DNA from: Octopus bimaculoides
Lineage: Eukaryota
Assembly: GCF_001194135.2 (NCBI RefSeq)
Contig: NC_068983.1
Span: 88,640,677-88,704,676 of the forward strand
Direction of reading: 5' to 3'
DNA: 64,000 nt
In this document: positions 13,168 to 25,430 of the stretch, one piece after another
Layout of the letters: each line of letters starts with the position of its first letter
Position numbering within the stretch: position 1 is the first letter of the stretch
Made by a program: the position numbers and the translations under genes
Notes under the pieces: model-generated
The model's input: only the letters and a program-made list of their open reading frames with translations
Told to the model about the DNA's origin: nothing
Database searches by the model: none

Positions 13168-13368
13168 CTTTTCTACTATAGGCACACAGCTTGAAATTTG
13201 GTGGGGAGGGGACTAATCAATTACATCAACCCCAGTATTTAACTGGTACTTAATTTATCAATCCCAAAAGGATGAAAGGCAAAGTTGACCTCAGCAGAAT
13301 TTATCAATGGGCAAAATACCGCTTAGCATTTTGTCCAGTACACTAATGATTCTGTCAGCTCACTGCCT

Positions 13369-13369
<1 letters not shown>
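13168..13369 (-). mobile_element. SINE family A copy
   Basis: Homologous to 9743-9955 and embedded in (TAA)n. Confidence 0.78.
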
Positions 13370-13413
<44 letters not shown>

Positions 13414-13414
<1 letters not shown>

Positions 13415-13631
13415 TGGCTTCAAATTTTTCCACAGGGGCAGCAGTTTGGTGGTGAGGGGGATGAGTCATTTGCAACAACCCCAGTGTTCAACTGGTACTT
13501 ATTTTATCAACCCTGAAAGGATGAAGGGTAAAGTTGACCTTGGTAGAATTTGAACTCAGAATGTAGTGACGGGCGAAATACCCCTAAGTATTTCAACCAG
13601 CATGCTAGCAATTTTGCCAGCTCGCTGCCTT
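13414..13631 (-). mobile_element. SINE family A copy, in tandem with the previous copy
   Basis: Homologous to 9743-9955. Separated from the previous copy by (TAA)n. Confidence 0.8.
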
Positions 13632-13757
13632 TGATGATGATGATGATGATGACGATGATGATGATGATGATGATGATGGTGATGGTGGTAGTGGTGATGA
13701 TGGTAGTGGTGATGGTGGTAGTGGTGGTGGTGATGGGGGTGATGATGATGATGATTA
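13632..13757. repeat. Compound (GAT)n/(GGT)n microsatellite
   Basis: Direct inspection. Confidence 0.95.
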
Positions 13758-13869
13758 TTTAGTCATCCAGGTTGTTTATGAAGTATCATATTTGTTTTTG
13801 ATAGTCAATTTTACACTATTTAGTGAAATAGAGTAGGCTTTGACACTATAAAATATTGATAATATACTA

Positions 13870-14060
13870 TCATTATTATTTATTGTCTTTGCACAGCTTC
13901 TAATGCTGGAGATGTACTACTGTATGAGCTGTTTACTATCAGTGAACTAAGGTAACACCCCTTATTTTTCAAGTGGAGTATTCTAGTAGTTCCAAGCAGT
14001 GCTGTTTTCTGCAAGTGCTCCACCCTTATTGCAGCCCTATTTGTTGTTGCTGTTGTTATG
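13870..14060 (-). mobile_element. Short 3'-end fragment of an R4/Dong-like element next to (TTA)n
   Basis: The minus frame RVEHLQKTALLGTTRILH matches the C-terminal motif of the other R4-like copies. Confidence 0.6.
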
Positions 14061-14107
<47 letters not shown>

Positions 14108-14349
14108 TACTATTATTATTATTACATTAGCAACTAGTGGAGCTTCTTCATGGTGTTTCACTTAGTGTTTATAGCAGTTAAAAATCATCATTCTGAAATC
14201 ACATTCTGCTGCTTTAAATCAGAACATATTAAATGACATTTCTAGGCAGACTCCATTTGGAATAGATAAATGCTTTGAACACATTTGATCACAGATCTGG
14301 TCAACTGGGACAACACTGGGATATAAATTACAATGACAACAATAACAAC

Positions 14350-14553
14350 ATGAACTTGCAGAATGGTTAGAGTGTTGGGGAAAATGTGTTACTGTATTTC
14401 TTCAGGCTCTTTAAATTCTGAGTTTGAATTCAGTTGCGGTTGACTTTGCTTTTCATCCCTCAAGGATCAATAAAACCAAGAACCAGAAAAGGACTGAGGT
14501 CAGTGCATCAACAAATCCACTTCCCTCCAAAACATTTCTGGCCTTGAACTGTA

Positions 14554-14555
<2 letters not shown>
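14350..14555 (+). mobile_element. SINE family A copy with (ATT)n tail
   Basis: GCAGAATGGTTAG head, GAGTTTGAATTC B-box, GACTTTGCTTTTCATCC body. Confidence 0.7.
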
Positions 14556-14595
<40 letters not shown>

Positions 14596-14599
14596 TTAA

Positions 14600-15850
14600 A
14601 AGGATTAACGTAACTCCAGACGAAGGAAAATAGACTGTACGAAGTGTGCGATGCAATTCGAATGATATTTCGACAGCTAGCCTGTCTTTGTCAAGTTCAA
14701 AATGAAAAGTAATACATAGAAATTCAATATTATAGAAATTCAAATCCAAAATTTGATCGAGGCAATCAGTGTTGCCATGTTGATGGAATGACATCATTAG
14801 TCTTCAATTTTCAACTTTACAACTGCCAAAAAGAAAAAGAAACAAAGCCAAAAAAGAAAGAAGTATATTTGATCAGACAGTTTTGTGTAAATATGATGAA
14901 ATTCTCCTGTCATTTTATTCATCCTTCCAGGGATAACTCACAAACATATTTCTCCTTATGCATTTTAAGGACTGAAAGTGTAGCAGATTCAGAATATTTT
15001 CTGAGAATATGCACTTTTCAAAATTGCAACTGTTTGATGTAAAATGTTTGGCAAGTTCTGTTGAACTTTTTTCGAGCGGAGTATTGTGCCTGATGTCATA
15101 TCTGTGCCCATTGAATCTTTCTTTTAATTGTTCTGTTGTACAACCAACATAAATCAAGTTGTGTTTGGTGCATTCTGCTGTGTACACCAAATGGGAATCT
15201 CTACATGTCCCACCTTCCGTGTAAATCATAACATTTCTATTATGATCCCTTATGGAATCAACTTGATTCATATTGTTGCACAAGGAACAGAGCTTACCTC
15301 TCTTGTGGCTGTTTCTCAAGGAACAGTGTGCAAATACTCCAATGTTAGTTTACTTGGTGTCAGAAGTAGAGGTTAATAGTTCTCTAATATTTTTATTCTG
15401 CCTAAAGGCAACAATAGGTGGCTGAGGAAATATATGTCTGAAACAAGGATATTTTTCTGCAACATGCTGGTAACTTTCATGCAACACTTTTAAAATGCCA
15501 GCAAAATTTCGGTGCCAGTTAATCACTAAAGGAATTCTGTCACATATTGAACTTTGTTTGTTAAAATTATGCATGAAAGTTTGACTTTCTTTGCTAATCT
15601 TAACTATGTCATTTGCAATTTCCTTTAATCATGATTCATTGTAACTGCGTTTGGCATAATGGTATACAAAAGCATTTGCATGTTTCCAGTAATCCCCCAT
15701 ATCAATATAAATCCTTTTTATCCTCAAAAACTGGTGGTAAAATTTTTATCCAAACTTCATTGTGTTACTGTAACACTATAGCCTACAGAAAAAAATTCGA
15801 TGGAATACTTTTATTTGACTGGTTTTTGAAGGCTGTTACTTTATAGCCTA
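14600..15850 (-). mobile_element. Penelope-like element (Neptune-type), thumb/linker plus C-terminal GIY-YIG endonuclease fragment
   Basis: RIPLVINWHRN...IFPQPPIVAFRQNKNIRELL linker, CSLC, then TCRDSHLVYTAECTKHNLIYVGCTTEQLKERFNGH and LAKHF. Confidence 0.85.
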
Positions 15851-15959
15851 CAGAAAAAACTAAATGGAATACTTTTATTTGACCTTTTTTTGAAGGCATT
15901 TATCTATGCTTCTACCCCTTCATCATGGATAATACTGGAATATAAGGAAAAAACTTCCA

Positions 15960-16640
15960 TGGTTACCAAAAAACAGTTTTCAACATGGCTTCAGTGTTTA
16001 AAAAAGTATCCCAAATATAGGAACTTGATCATTTTGTGACAGGGATTAGAAAGCCATCCAGCCACTCCAAAATTTTGGCTGTACAACATTCATATCCCCC
16101 TGCAAATTAGGCACATTGGAGGAAATCTTTCAATAGATTTCTATCTGTTTGGAACTTGCTGTACTTAGTTCTCAGAGCTTGTTCTTGAGTGCTGCATATC
16201 AATGCCTTAGTGCATCCTTTCACATCACTTTTTTTCTGCCACCTCCTGGGGTTGGTCTTGTTTTTCTCTTCATTTCTCTGAGATACTGTCCATGCATTAC
16301 TTTCACTTTTCAGTTGTGCAATCCTTGCTCTCCATCTTGTTTTTTTTTGGGTGTGTTACATTTTCACTAGGTATTGTGTTGCTATTTCTAACAGCAACAA
16401 TCAAAAGCACAATCTGCTGTTTGACATACTATCCAAGACTGGTTTCCTCATTGACGACACAGATCTTGCATTCTATGAAACCTCTTCCTTCCTTGTTTCC
16501 ATGCACATACAGTCTATTGACATCACTTTTAGGGTGCAGTTCCTTGCTCATTGTCATCTCTTTCATAGCTTTTCTATTTCCTCAAGCTCATTCTTTGTCC
16601 TAACAACACCTGCACCATATCACATTAAGGAGACAGTCCA
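15960..16640 (-). mobile_element. Decayed R4/Dong-like fragment
   Basis: Minus frames give LHPKSDVNRLYV...GRGFIEC, homologous to HLKSDIERLYI...GGRGLI at 11490-11560. Confidence 0.6.
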
Positions 16641-16649
16641 TGTATTTTT

Positions 16650-16928
16650 AAGCCTAGTACTTATTCTATCAGTCAATTTTGCTGAACTGCTAAATTATGG
16701 GGACACAAACACAGATACAAAGACACACACATAGATATATATATATATATATATACACACACATACATATAACAGACTTCTTTCAGTTTCCATGTACTAA
16801 ATCCACTCACAAGGTTTTGGTCAGCCTGAGGCTATGGTAAAAGACACTTGCTGAAGATGTCCCACAGTGGGACTGAACCCAGAACCATGTGGTTTGGGAG
16901 CAAGCTTCTTACCATGCAACCACACCTG
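16650..16928 (-). mobile_element. tRNA-derived SINE family B copy (partial)
   Basis: The minus strand reads ...GGTTCTGGGTTCAGTCCCACTG...AGTGTCTT...CCTTGTGAGTGGATTT...GAAACTGAAAGAAG, with an internal TA/CA microsatellite. Confidence 0.75.
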
Positions 16929-16944
16929 CACACACACACACACA

Positions 16945-17347
16945 CACACATGCTGGCAAGGGTGTATGGTAAGATGTTTGCTTCTCAACCACAAGACTTC
17001 AGATTTAGTCCTATTGTATGGCACTTTGGGGAAGTGTCTTCTACTATAGATTCAAGCTGACCAAAGCTTTGTGAGTAGATTTGGTTAACAGAAACTGAAA
17101 GAAGGAATCATATGTGTGTGGGTCTGTGTGTTTTTGTGTGTCTGTGTTTTTGTGTTTATCCCTCACAATCATTGACATTGGATGTTAGTTTGTTTTATCT
17201 CATTGTAACTTAGCAGTTTGGCAAAAAAGACCAATAGAATAAGTACCAGACTTTAAAAAATGAGTACTGGAGTCAATTCAATCAATTAAAACTCTTCAAA
17301 AAAGTGCTGTTGCATGGCCACAGTCCAATGACTGAAACAAGTAAAAG
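16945..17347 (+). mobile_element. SINE family B, full-length diverged copy
   Basis: Head homologous to 16775-16928 in the opposite orientation, central (TG)-rich tract, 3' end ATGACTGAAACAAGTAAAAG. Confidence 0.75.
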
Positions 17348-17356
17348 TTGTATATA

Positions 17357-17386
<30 letters not shown>

Positions 17387-17388
<2 letters not shown>

Positions 17389-18986
17389 GTAGTGAGCAAA
17401 AAAAGAGGACGATTAATATCTTTTTAAATTTCAGAAAAGCTAGTAAACGTACAAATTCGCTACTGGTTTTGTAAATATGGTTAACCATTAGCTAAATTCT
17501 GTGAAAATCCAAGTTTGTAAAACGGTCTTAATAAAAGTTAATAACACTAATACTAGTTTCGTCTAAATGTCTCATGTGCAAAATAAGAGAACAATCAAAC
17601 CCAAAAATGCTTCAATTAACTCAAAACCACAATAATGATTGAAAGAAATGTGAATATAACTTAATACATTTAGTACGATGTTTGTAGTTCTTTGTTGGAG
17701 ATCACCTCTACACATCTATTGCAACAAGACAACAAGTTTCCTCCACAGTTCAGGTGTTATTTTTTCCCATTCCTCTTCTAATATCTGCCATAAATTTGTT
17801 GTATAGTTGGTGCCCTTTGTGTTACTTTGTCTCCAAGTATCTTCCAAAGGTTTTCAATTGGATTTAAGTCTGGACTTTGTACTTGCCACTTCATTACTTG
17901 GATATTTTGTTCACTGAAGAATCCATTGACACACTTTGCAGTATGACAAGGAGCATGATCTTGCATGAAAATGCACAGTTGATTCAGAAATGCTCGTAAT
18001 GATGGGATCACATGCTGTTTAACCAAATTCAAATAGATATTAGCATTAATAATCCCTTTAATCTGCACTAGAGAACCAACTTCTAAAGAAGAAATCATTC
18101 CCTACACCATGACGCTTTCTCTTCCAAACTTGGCACACTTCTTTAGGTACTTGGATTTTAGCCGTTCTCCTGTGAAGTGCCTAACATACTTTCTACTATC
18201 TGAACCTATTAAACTGAATTTGCTTTCATCACTAAAATGAACTTTTGACCAATTTTCATCCCTCCAGTTCACATGAGCTTCTGCAAATGAAAGTCTTTCA
18301 AATTTGTTCTTCTTGCTGATGGTAGGTTTCGTTGCCGGGGAACAAGTCTTTAATCGAAATTCCTTCAGACGATGGGATACTGTAAAGTGGCTCACTTCCG
18401 TACTATTATTTACTCTTATTTTCTTAGAAATTCCAGCCTCAGTCTCAAAAGGATCCTTCAATACATATTGTTTCATGGTTCAATCATCTTGCATGGTGGC
18501 TTTGTGTGGTCTTTCAGTTGCCTATTTCGATTCAAAACCTTTAGTTTCTTCATAGAGCTTAAGAACACATGAAACTGCACTCTTAGATCTCCTTACATCT
18601 TTTGAAATAGCTGAGAGAGTCGTTCCTGAAACTTTCCTGACAATTTCTTTTTGGAGGTCGGGATTAACTTTAGCATGGTGTGCCATGTTCAGAAGCTAGC
18701 ACAATGCTGAGATGGTAGTAATGTTGAGCCTGAAAATGTAAACAATGTTTGAAATTTCCAGAAATTTCTGAAGGAATCTAATTGTTCTCTTATTTTGCAC
18801 ATGAGATATTCGGATGAAACTAGTGTTAGTATTATTAACTTTTACTAAGACTATTGTACAAACTTAGATTTTTCAGAGAATTTAGCTGATGGTTAACTGT
18901 GTTTATGAAACCAATTACGAATTTGTACATTCACCAGCTTTTCCGACATTTACAGAAATATTAATTGTTCTCTTTTTTTGCTCACT

Positions 18987-18990
<4 letters not shown>
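17387..18990 (-). mobile_element. Tc1-family DNA transposon (DD34E, IR/DR-type TIRs), full length but inactivated
   Basis: TIRs of about 210 bp (17387-17597 and 18779-18990) with internal direct repeats. Transposase at about 18686-17670 has FSDESKF, FMQDHAPCH and SPDLNPIENLW, with 34 aa between D and E. It has stops and frameshifts and sits in a TA/TG microsatellite. Confidence 0.92.

Positions 18991-19058
<68 letters not shown>
18988..19058. repeat. (TG)n microsatellite
   Basis: Direct inspection. Confidence 0.97.
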
Positions 19059-19061
<3 letters not shown>

Positions 19062-19189
19062 AATAATATTTAGCACATTCATGCATGTTTGAACAAAGAA
19101 ATAGTCTTGGGAGAAACTTCTTCATATAGACAACAAGTGTAAAAACATTGGGCCATGAAAGACATCACCAGATGTACAAAACTATACCT

Positions 19190-20140
19190 TTCCATTCAAA
19201 TCATGAAAATGCTTGGGTTAACTTCAGCTTTTTTTATATACAAGGATCAGATTCACTGCAATGTGCCAATAAGAAATATGCTAATTAATAAAAGCCAAAA
19301 GTTTGTATGATGATTTTCAGAAAAAGGAAGGTGAAGTTTCTAATGCAAAACCTTTTCTTGCTGATAAAGGCTTGCTTGAAAGATTTAAGAAATGTTTGAA
19401 TTTGCACAAACTAAAATGACTAGTGAAACTGTCAGAGATAATACAGAGATTATTACTAATTATCCTGAACAGCTGAAAGAAGAAAAAATATGCTTGCTAA
19501 AGTGAGCTACATACCAAAGCAAGTATACAATGTTGATAAAACTGCACTTTTCTGGAAGCTCACATTTGCTGGAACTTTAATTCCTCAAGAAGAAGAGTCA
19601 ACATCAAGATTTAAAGTTTCCAAAAATTGTCTGATGCTTCTTGTGGGAGGTAATGTTGTTGATAATATGAAATTCAAGCCGCTGCTAGTGTATCACTTAA
19701 AAAATCTCAGGGTTTTCCTAGAGTGACACTAAGTTGAATTTACCTCTGATTTAATTTTGAATAAGAAGGTTTGGGTGACTAAGATACTTCAAAAAAGGTT
19801 TCTCCTACAAAGCATGCACCTTTTAGACAATGCAGTAAGATACCCAGTGAACTTAAATGAGCTTTTTGATGATGTAAGAGTACAATATATCCCCAAGAAT
19901 ACAACTTTTTTGCTCCATCCAATGAATCGAAATGTGATAACTAACTTCAAAGCATTTTATTTGAGAACTTTCAAATTACTTATGAAAGCAATTAGAATGG
20001 AGGATAACTCTACAGTTAGAGACTTTTGGAAGAAGTTCAACATACTGGATGTCATGGATAACATAGCTCAGTCATGGAATGAAAAGAAATCTTCGACTTT
20101 AGGTGGTGCTTGGCAAAATATATGGTCAATAATTGACTGA
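19190..20140 (+). mobile_element. pogo/Tigger-like transposase relic (CENP-B HTH plus DDE_1)
   Basis: KAKSLYDDF...FLADKGLLERFKK, QVYNVDKTALFWK, LMLLVGGN..KFKPLLVY, LLDNA, LLHPMNRNVITNFKAFY. Confidence 0.85.
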
Positions 20141-20374
20141 TTAGCCTATATAAGTATTTACTTGTGTTTGTACTAACATTGCTTGTACTAATGCTCAAAT
20201 AGCATGAACTTCTAATGGTAGTAGGAAGTGTAACATGAATGATGGTGGATTAAATGTGTGGATAACTGCTATGACATGTCTGTTGGCAAATGCTCATTAC
20301 AACCTTCTTTTTAAATGTTGATAGCCACAGTTACACCTCCCCATTTTACCTCCTCACTCCCCTTACATTTTCTC

Positions 20375-23300
20375 AGAGTTGGCACTGTCTATGTAAGTAC
20401 ATAGAAAGGTAAGTCTGGTGAGATTGTTGAGATGCTTGAACAGAGATGTGTTGATGTATGTTGCATCCAAGAAGTAAGGTGGCAGGGAGCTTCAGCCAGT
20501 TCCTCACAGGCAAAAGGCATAGGTATAAATTCTTCTGGGAAAGCAACAGTACTGGGTAGAAAGTGTGGGCATACTACTAGCAAAGAAAGGGTAAATAAGG
20601 TGATTGACGTAGTCAGAGTATGTGATAGGTTACTTAAGCTTAGTTTTGCAGAGTAGCACAACAACAGTCATCTCTGCTTATGTACTCCCCAACCAACCAG
20701 ATCTGCTAAATGAAAAAAAGGACAGCTCTTATGACACTCTTTTGCTGGTTACTTCAAAGACAAATGACAGTGACCTTATTTTCATGGCTGGGGATTTCAA
20801 TGGACATGTTGGGCAGCACCTGGGTATCTGTTGCATGGGGGCCATAGAATTGGTTCCTGAAATGAGACGGGAACAAGGCCACTGGAGTTCTGTGATATGA
20901 ATGACCTCATGATCTGCAACACCAACTTCAGAAAACCAGCCAGTCACTTGATAACTTATTAATATGGTAAGCATGCTAAGCCAAATTGACTATATTCTTA
21001 CCAGAAAGCAGGATTCATGGTTGTTCATAATTGCAAAGTCCTTCCCTGGTAAAGAATGTACCCTTCAGCATAAGTTACTCATTAGTGACTTTAAACTGCA
21101 GGCACAAAGGATTCTATGAAGCAAGCCAGTTTGGAAAAGAAGGATCTGGAAGGTTAAGGATCCTTTGAACAGTCAGAAATTTAGAGACCTCCTAACTGAA
21201 GCATTTGAGGACGAGGAGGAGGAGGAGGAGCAGGAGTTACAGACTTTTAACATAGAGGATAGCTGGAAGTTCCTGTGAAACAACTTACTGAGAGCCACAG
21301 ACCAAATTTGTGGGTGGTGCAAAGTCCCAACCAGATCTAGGGTGATGTAGTGGTGGAACACTGTAGTTGACAGGACCATTAGAGCAAAGAAACAGACTTG
21401 GAAGGGTGGCAGTTGCAAGAAGCCATATCAGGCAGCTAGAAGGGAAACTAGGAAGCAGGTACACTTAGCCAGGGATGAAGCAGAAAGGAAGAAGTTTACC
21501 AATGTTCTGCAGCATGAGGACCAGCAGCTTGAAGTGTTTCGGTTTGCAAAACAGTATGCCAGGGAAAATTGTGATGGTGTTGGAGAGAAGTGTGTTCACA
21601 TGGATGATGGTTCACTTACAGTTAGTGACTCTACAAAGAAAGAGGCATGGAAGTGCTACTAATAAAGGTTGCTAAATGTAGAGAACTCATGGGAGAAGGA
21701 ATGTCTGCCTACTGTGGATCCGACAAAGGGACCAGCAATCCGAATGAACAGTCGCTTGGTAGCTAAAGCCATGAAGGATATGAAGATGGGGAATCACTGC
21801 TACAATGCTTAAAATATCTGGCTGTATGGATTGTGGTCTTATCACCCGTGTAGTTAATCATATTGTACATGACAGTCATACCCAATAACTGGTGTAGCAG
21901 CACCATAGTCAACTGCTACAAAGGTAAAGGTGATGCCTTAGACAGATATAATTACAGAGGTATCAGATTGTTGAATCAGGTGATGAAAGTTACAAAAGGG
22001 TTATAGCCTAACTAATTAGGAAGAGAGTTAGTCTAGATGAGATGCAGTTTGGTTTTGTGCAAGGGTGAAATACCACTGATGCTATATTCTTGTTAAGGCA
22101 GCTGCAGAAGTACTTAGCCAAAAATAAACACCTGTACTTGGCATTTGTTGACATGGAGATAGCCTTTGACAGCCTCCCCGACTCCCTTATTTGGTGGTCA
22201 ATGCAGAAACTAGGAATAGGTGAATGGTTGCTGAGCGCTGTACAAGCCATGTACAGGGATGCTGTCAGTAAGGTGAGGGTTGGCAAAGGGTATAGCAATG
22301 AATTTGTGTACTAGTAGAATTCACCAAGGATCGGTCCTCAACACCCTCTTGTTCATCAAAGTCCTCCAGGCAATAACAGATGAAGTTAAGTCAGGCTGCC
22401 CTGGGGAGCACCTCTATGCTGATGATCTGGTTCTTATAGCTGAATCACTACCAAAACTGGAGATAAAATTTCAGGTGTGGAAGCAAGGTTTGGAATCAAA
22501 GGACTTTAGAGTTGATTTAGCAAAAGTTAAAATCTTAGTAAGTAGGAAAGCAGACAAGTCACAAATCCCTTTTAATAGATGGCCATGCCCGATATGTAGA
22601 AAAGGCATAGGTAGAAACTCTATATTGTGTACCTGGTGTAAGCTATGGACACATAAGAGGTGCAACAGTATTAGAGGAAGGTTAACAGGAAAAATAGTCT
22701 TTGTGTGTGATAGATGTACAGGTACAATATACACAAAAATGTACAGAAAACAGATTCCATGAAATGCTAGCGGGGATACCTAGAACTAGTTTGATAGCTT
22801 TTGTTATCTAGGTGACCAAATCAGCAGTGAAGGTGGATGCTCCAAGAGCATAGCTGTTAGAATAAGAATAGGCTCAGTAAAGTTAACAGTGCTTCTACTT
22901 TTGTTAGTAGCAAAGGGCCTCTCCTTCAGAGTGAAAGGCAGATTGTATGATGCCTGTGTGAGAACAGATATGTTACATGGCAGTGAAACATGGGCTGGGC
23001 ATGCATAGGCTTGAAAGAAATGAAACTAGAATGCTTTGCTGGATGTGCAATGTCAGTGTGCATGCACGGCAGAGTGTCAGCATCTTGAGAGAAAAATTGG
23101 GCATAAGAGGCATCAGATGTGGTGTGCAAGAGAGATGACTGTGCTGGTATGATCATGTGATGTGCATGGAAGAGGACAGTTGTATAAAGAACTGCCTATC
23201 TGTAACTGTGGAGGAAACCTGTGAGAGAGGTAAACCCAGGAAGACACTGGACAAGGTTGTGAAGCATGATTTTTGAATGTTGGGTCTCATGGCGGTGATG

Positions 23301-23590
23301 TCAATTGATCGAGACCTTTGGCAATATGCTATGCTTGAGAAGACTCGTCAAGCCATGTGAAATCATAGTTGTGACTGATGCCATTGACACATAACAGACA
23401 TCCAAGCTGGTGACATGTAAAAGCACCCATTACACTCTTGGAGTGGTTGGCATTAGGAGGGGCATCCACCAGTAGAAACTACGCCAGATCAAACTGAAAC
23501 TGAATACAACTCTCTAGTTTACTAATTCCAGTCAAACTGTCTAACCAATGCCAGTATGGAAAGCAGATGTGAAATGGTGATGATGATATG
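20375..23590 (+). mobile_element. Near full-length decayed RTE-clade LINE (PHD-in-RT family)
   Basis: EN: VDVCCIQEVRWQG, AGDFNGHVG. RT: LAFVDMEIAFD, QGSVLNTLLF, LYADD, the PHD at 22580-22717, FCYLG. The 3' tail ends in (GAT)n near 23590. Confidence 0.9.
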
Positions 23591-23954
23591 AAGCTGACCA
23601 AAACCTCGTAAGTAGATTTGGTATATGGAATCTGGAAGTTCATCATATTTGTAGTGGACATTTTGGTAATGAAAAAAATCATGATAACAAATAATTTCCA
23701 TTCAAAGGAATTGAATATATTAATTAAATGCTAAACTATTGAAAGTTTGTTTTGATGCCTTAAAAGTGTTATGTTGGAATAATTTCCCTTTCTTCACATT
23801 CTTCTTTTAATAAAAGTTCAATCATCTTATAGCATTAAGTCTATTCTTAGGGGTGTCTCATACAGAATATCTAGATTCACTGGTATTAAATTTTCTTCCA
23901 AAACAATGAATATTATAATGCAGCTTTAGCTAGCACTGTATACCTCAATAAAAT

Positions 23955-24593
23955 TGTGTACATTCCTGATAGCAATGTTGGCATAACACCAAATGATAAT
24001 GGGCTGTATCCTCAAGGATATAAAAGAAGTTATATTGCATATCTTGATGACCATAATAATAGAAGGTACATCAATTACAGTGCTATTAATCAGATTAAGG
24101 GCAGTGAGCTGGCAAAATCATTAGTATGATGGAGAAAATGCTCAACAGTGTTTCTTCCTGAACTTTACAATCTGAGTTAAAATCCAATCAAGGTCAACTC
24201 TGCCTTTCATCCTTTCTGGGTCAATAAAATACTAGTCAAATACAAGGGTTGGTGTAATTAACTAACTCCCTTCCCCTAAAACTGATGGTCTTGTCCTAAA
24301 ATTTGAAACAATCATAAGGTTAAACATGCGTTAAACTCCTAGATTATCAAAAACATAACAGGGAAATAGTAATTCTCAATGGTTTCATGTTGATGATGAA
24401 AACAGTTGAAAGAGTTCTGAAACTATTCTTGGAAACTTAAATCTAAATCTGTGTACATTCCTGATAGCAATGTTGGCATAACACCAAATGATAATGGGCT
24501 GTATCCTCAAGGATATAAAAGAAGTTATATTGCATATCTTGATGACCATAATAATAGAAGGTACATCAATTACAGTGCTAATAATCAGATTAA
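23955..24593. repeat. 144-bp direct repeat pair (23955-24098 and 24450-24593)
   Basis: One mismatch seen (GCTATTAAT vs GCTAATAAT). Confidence 0.92.
24099..24312 (+). mobile_element. SINE family A copy (diverged)
   Basis: GGCAGTGAGCTGGCAAAATCATTAG head; GTCAACTCTGCCTTTCATCCTTT body. Confidence 0.75.
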
Positions 24594-24739
24594 CTTGGGA
24601 AACAGACCTTTATCTAGTAAGAGTTGTAAGTCTAAATACAAATGTGACAAACTTTACAACAATCGTAATCACCACACTTCCTATAACAGTTGTAGAACAT
24701 GTAATTCCCTGAAACAATAACAGAAAAAAAAGGTTACAT

Positions 24740-24990
24740 ACTCTTTTATTCTTTTACTTGTTTCACTCATTTGACTATGGCCATGCTGGAGCACCACCTT
24801 TAGTCAAACAAATTGACCCAAGGACTTATTCTTTGTAAGCCTAGTATTTATTCTATTAGTTTTTTTGTTTTTGCTGAACTGCTAAATTATGGGAATTTAA
24901 ACACACCAACATCAGTTGTCAAACAATGGTGGGAAGAGAAACACAGACACACAAATACATACATGCATACACATATATATTTCTCTTTAC
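24740..24990 (-). mobile_element. SINE family B, 3' half
   Basis: CTTTTACTTGTTTCACTCATTTGACTATGGCCATGCTGGAGCACC matches 25015-25230. Confidence 0.75.
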
Positions 24991-25009
24991 ATACATACAT
25001 ATACTCTTA

Positions 25010-25430
25010 CTCTCTTTACTCTTTTACTTGTTTCAGTCATTTGACTGCGGCCATGCTGGAGCACCACCTTTTAGTTGAACAATCCGACCCCAGGACTTAT
25101 TCTTTGTAAGCCTAGTACTTATTCTATCGGTTTCTTTTGCCGAACCGCTAAGTTACGGGGACATAAACACACCAGCATCGGTTGTCAAGCGATGTTGGGG
25201 GGGGGGGACAAACACAGACACACAAACATATACATACACATATATATATATATACATATATACAATGGGCTTCTTTCAGTTTCCGTCTACCAAATCCACT
25301 CACAAGGCTTTGGTCGGCCTGAGGCTATAATAGAAGACACTTACCCAAGGTGCTACACATTGGGACTGAACCCAGAACTATGTGGTTGGGAAGTGAGCTT
25401 GTTACTACACAGCCACTCCTGTGCCTATGA
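25010..25430 (-). mobile_element. SINE family B, full-length copy
   Basis: Both halves plus the internal CA/TA microsatellite. Its head is duplicated at 25805-25965. Confidence 0.8.

Noticed and set aside
14615-14805. Two further hammerhead-like strings (plus 14615-14680; minus 14761-14805) near the first Penelope
   Set aside because: Both core halves are degenerate (CCAGACGA/GACA; CTAATGA/AACAC) and the stems are incomplete, so they are too weak to call.
24451-24720. ORF containing PQG and YLDD, resembling RT motifs; also considered as a NUMT
   Set aside because: The motifs are only about 7 residues apart, far too close for an RT. No mitochondrial gene was recognisable in any frame.
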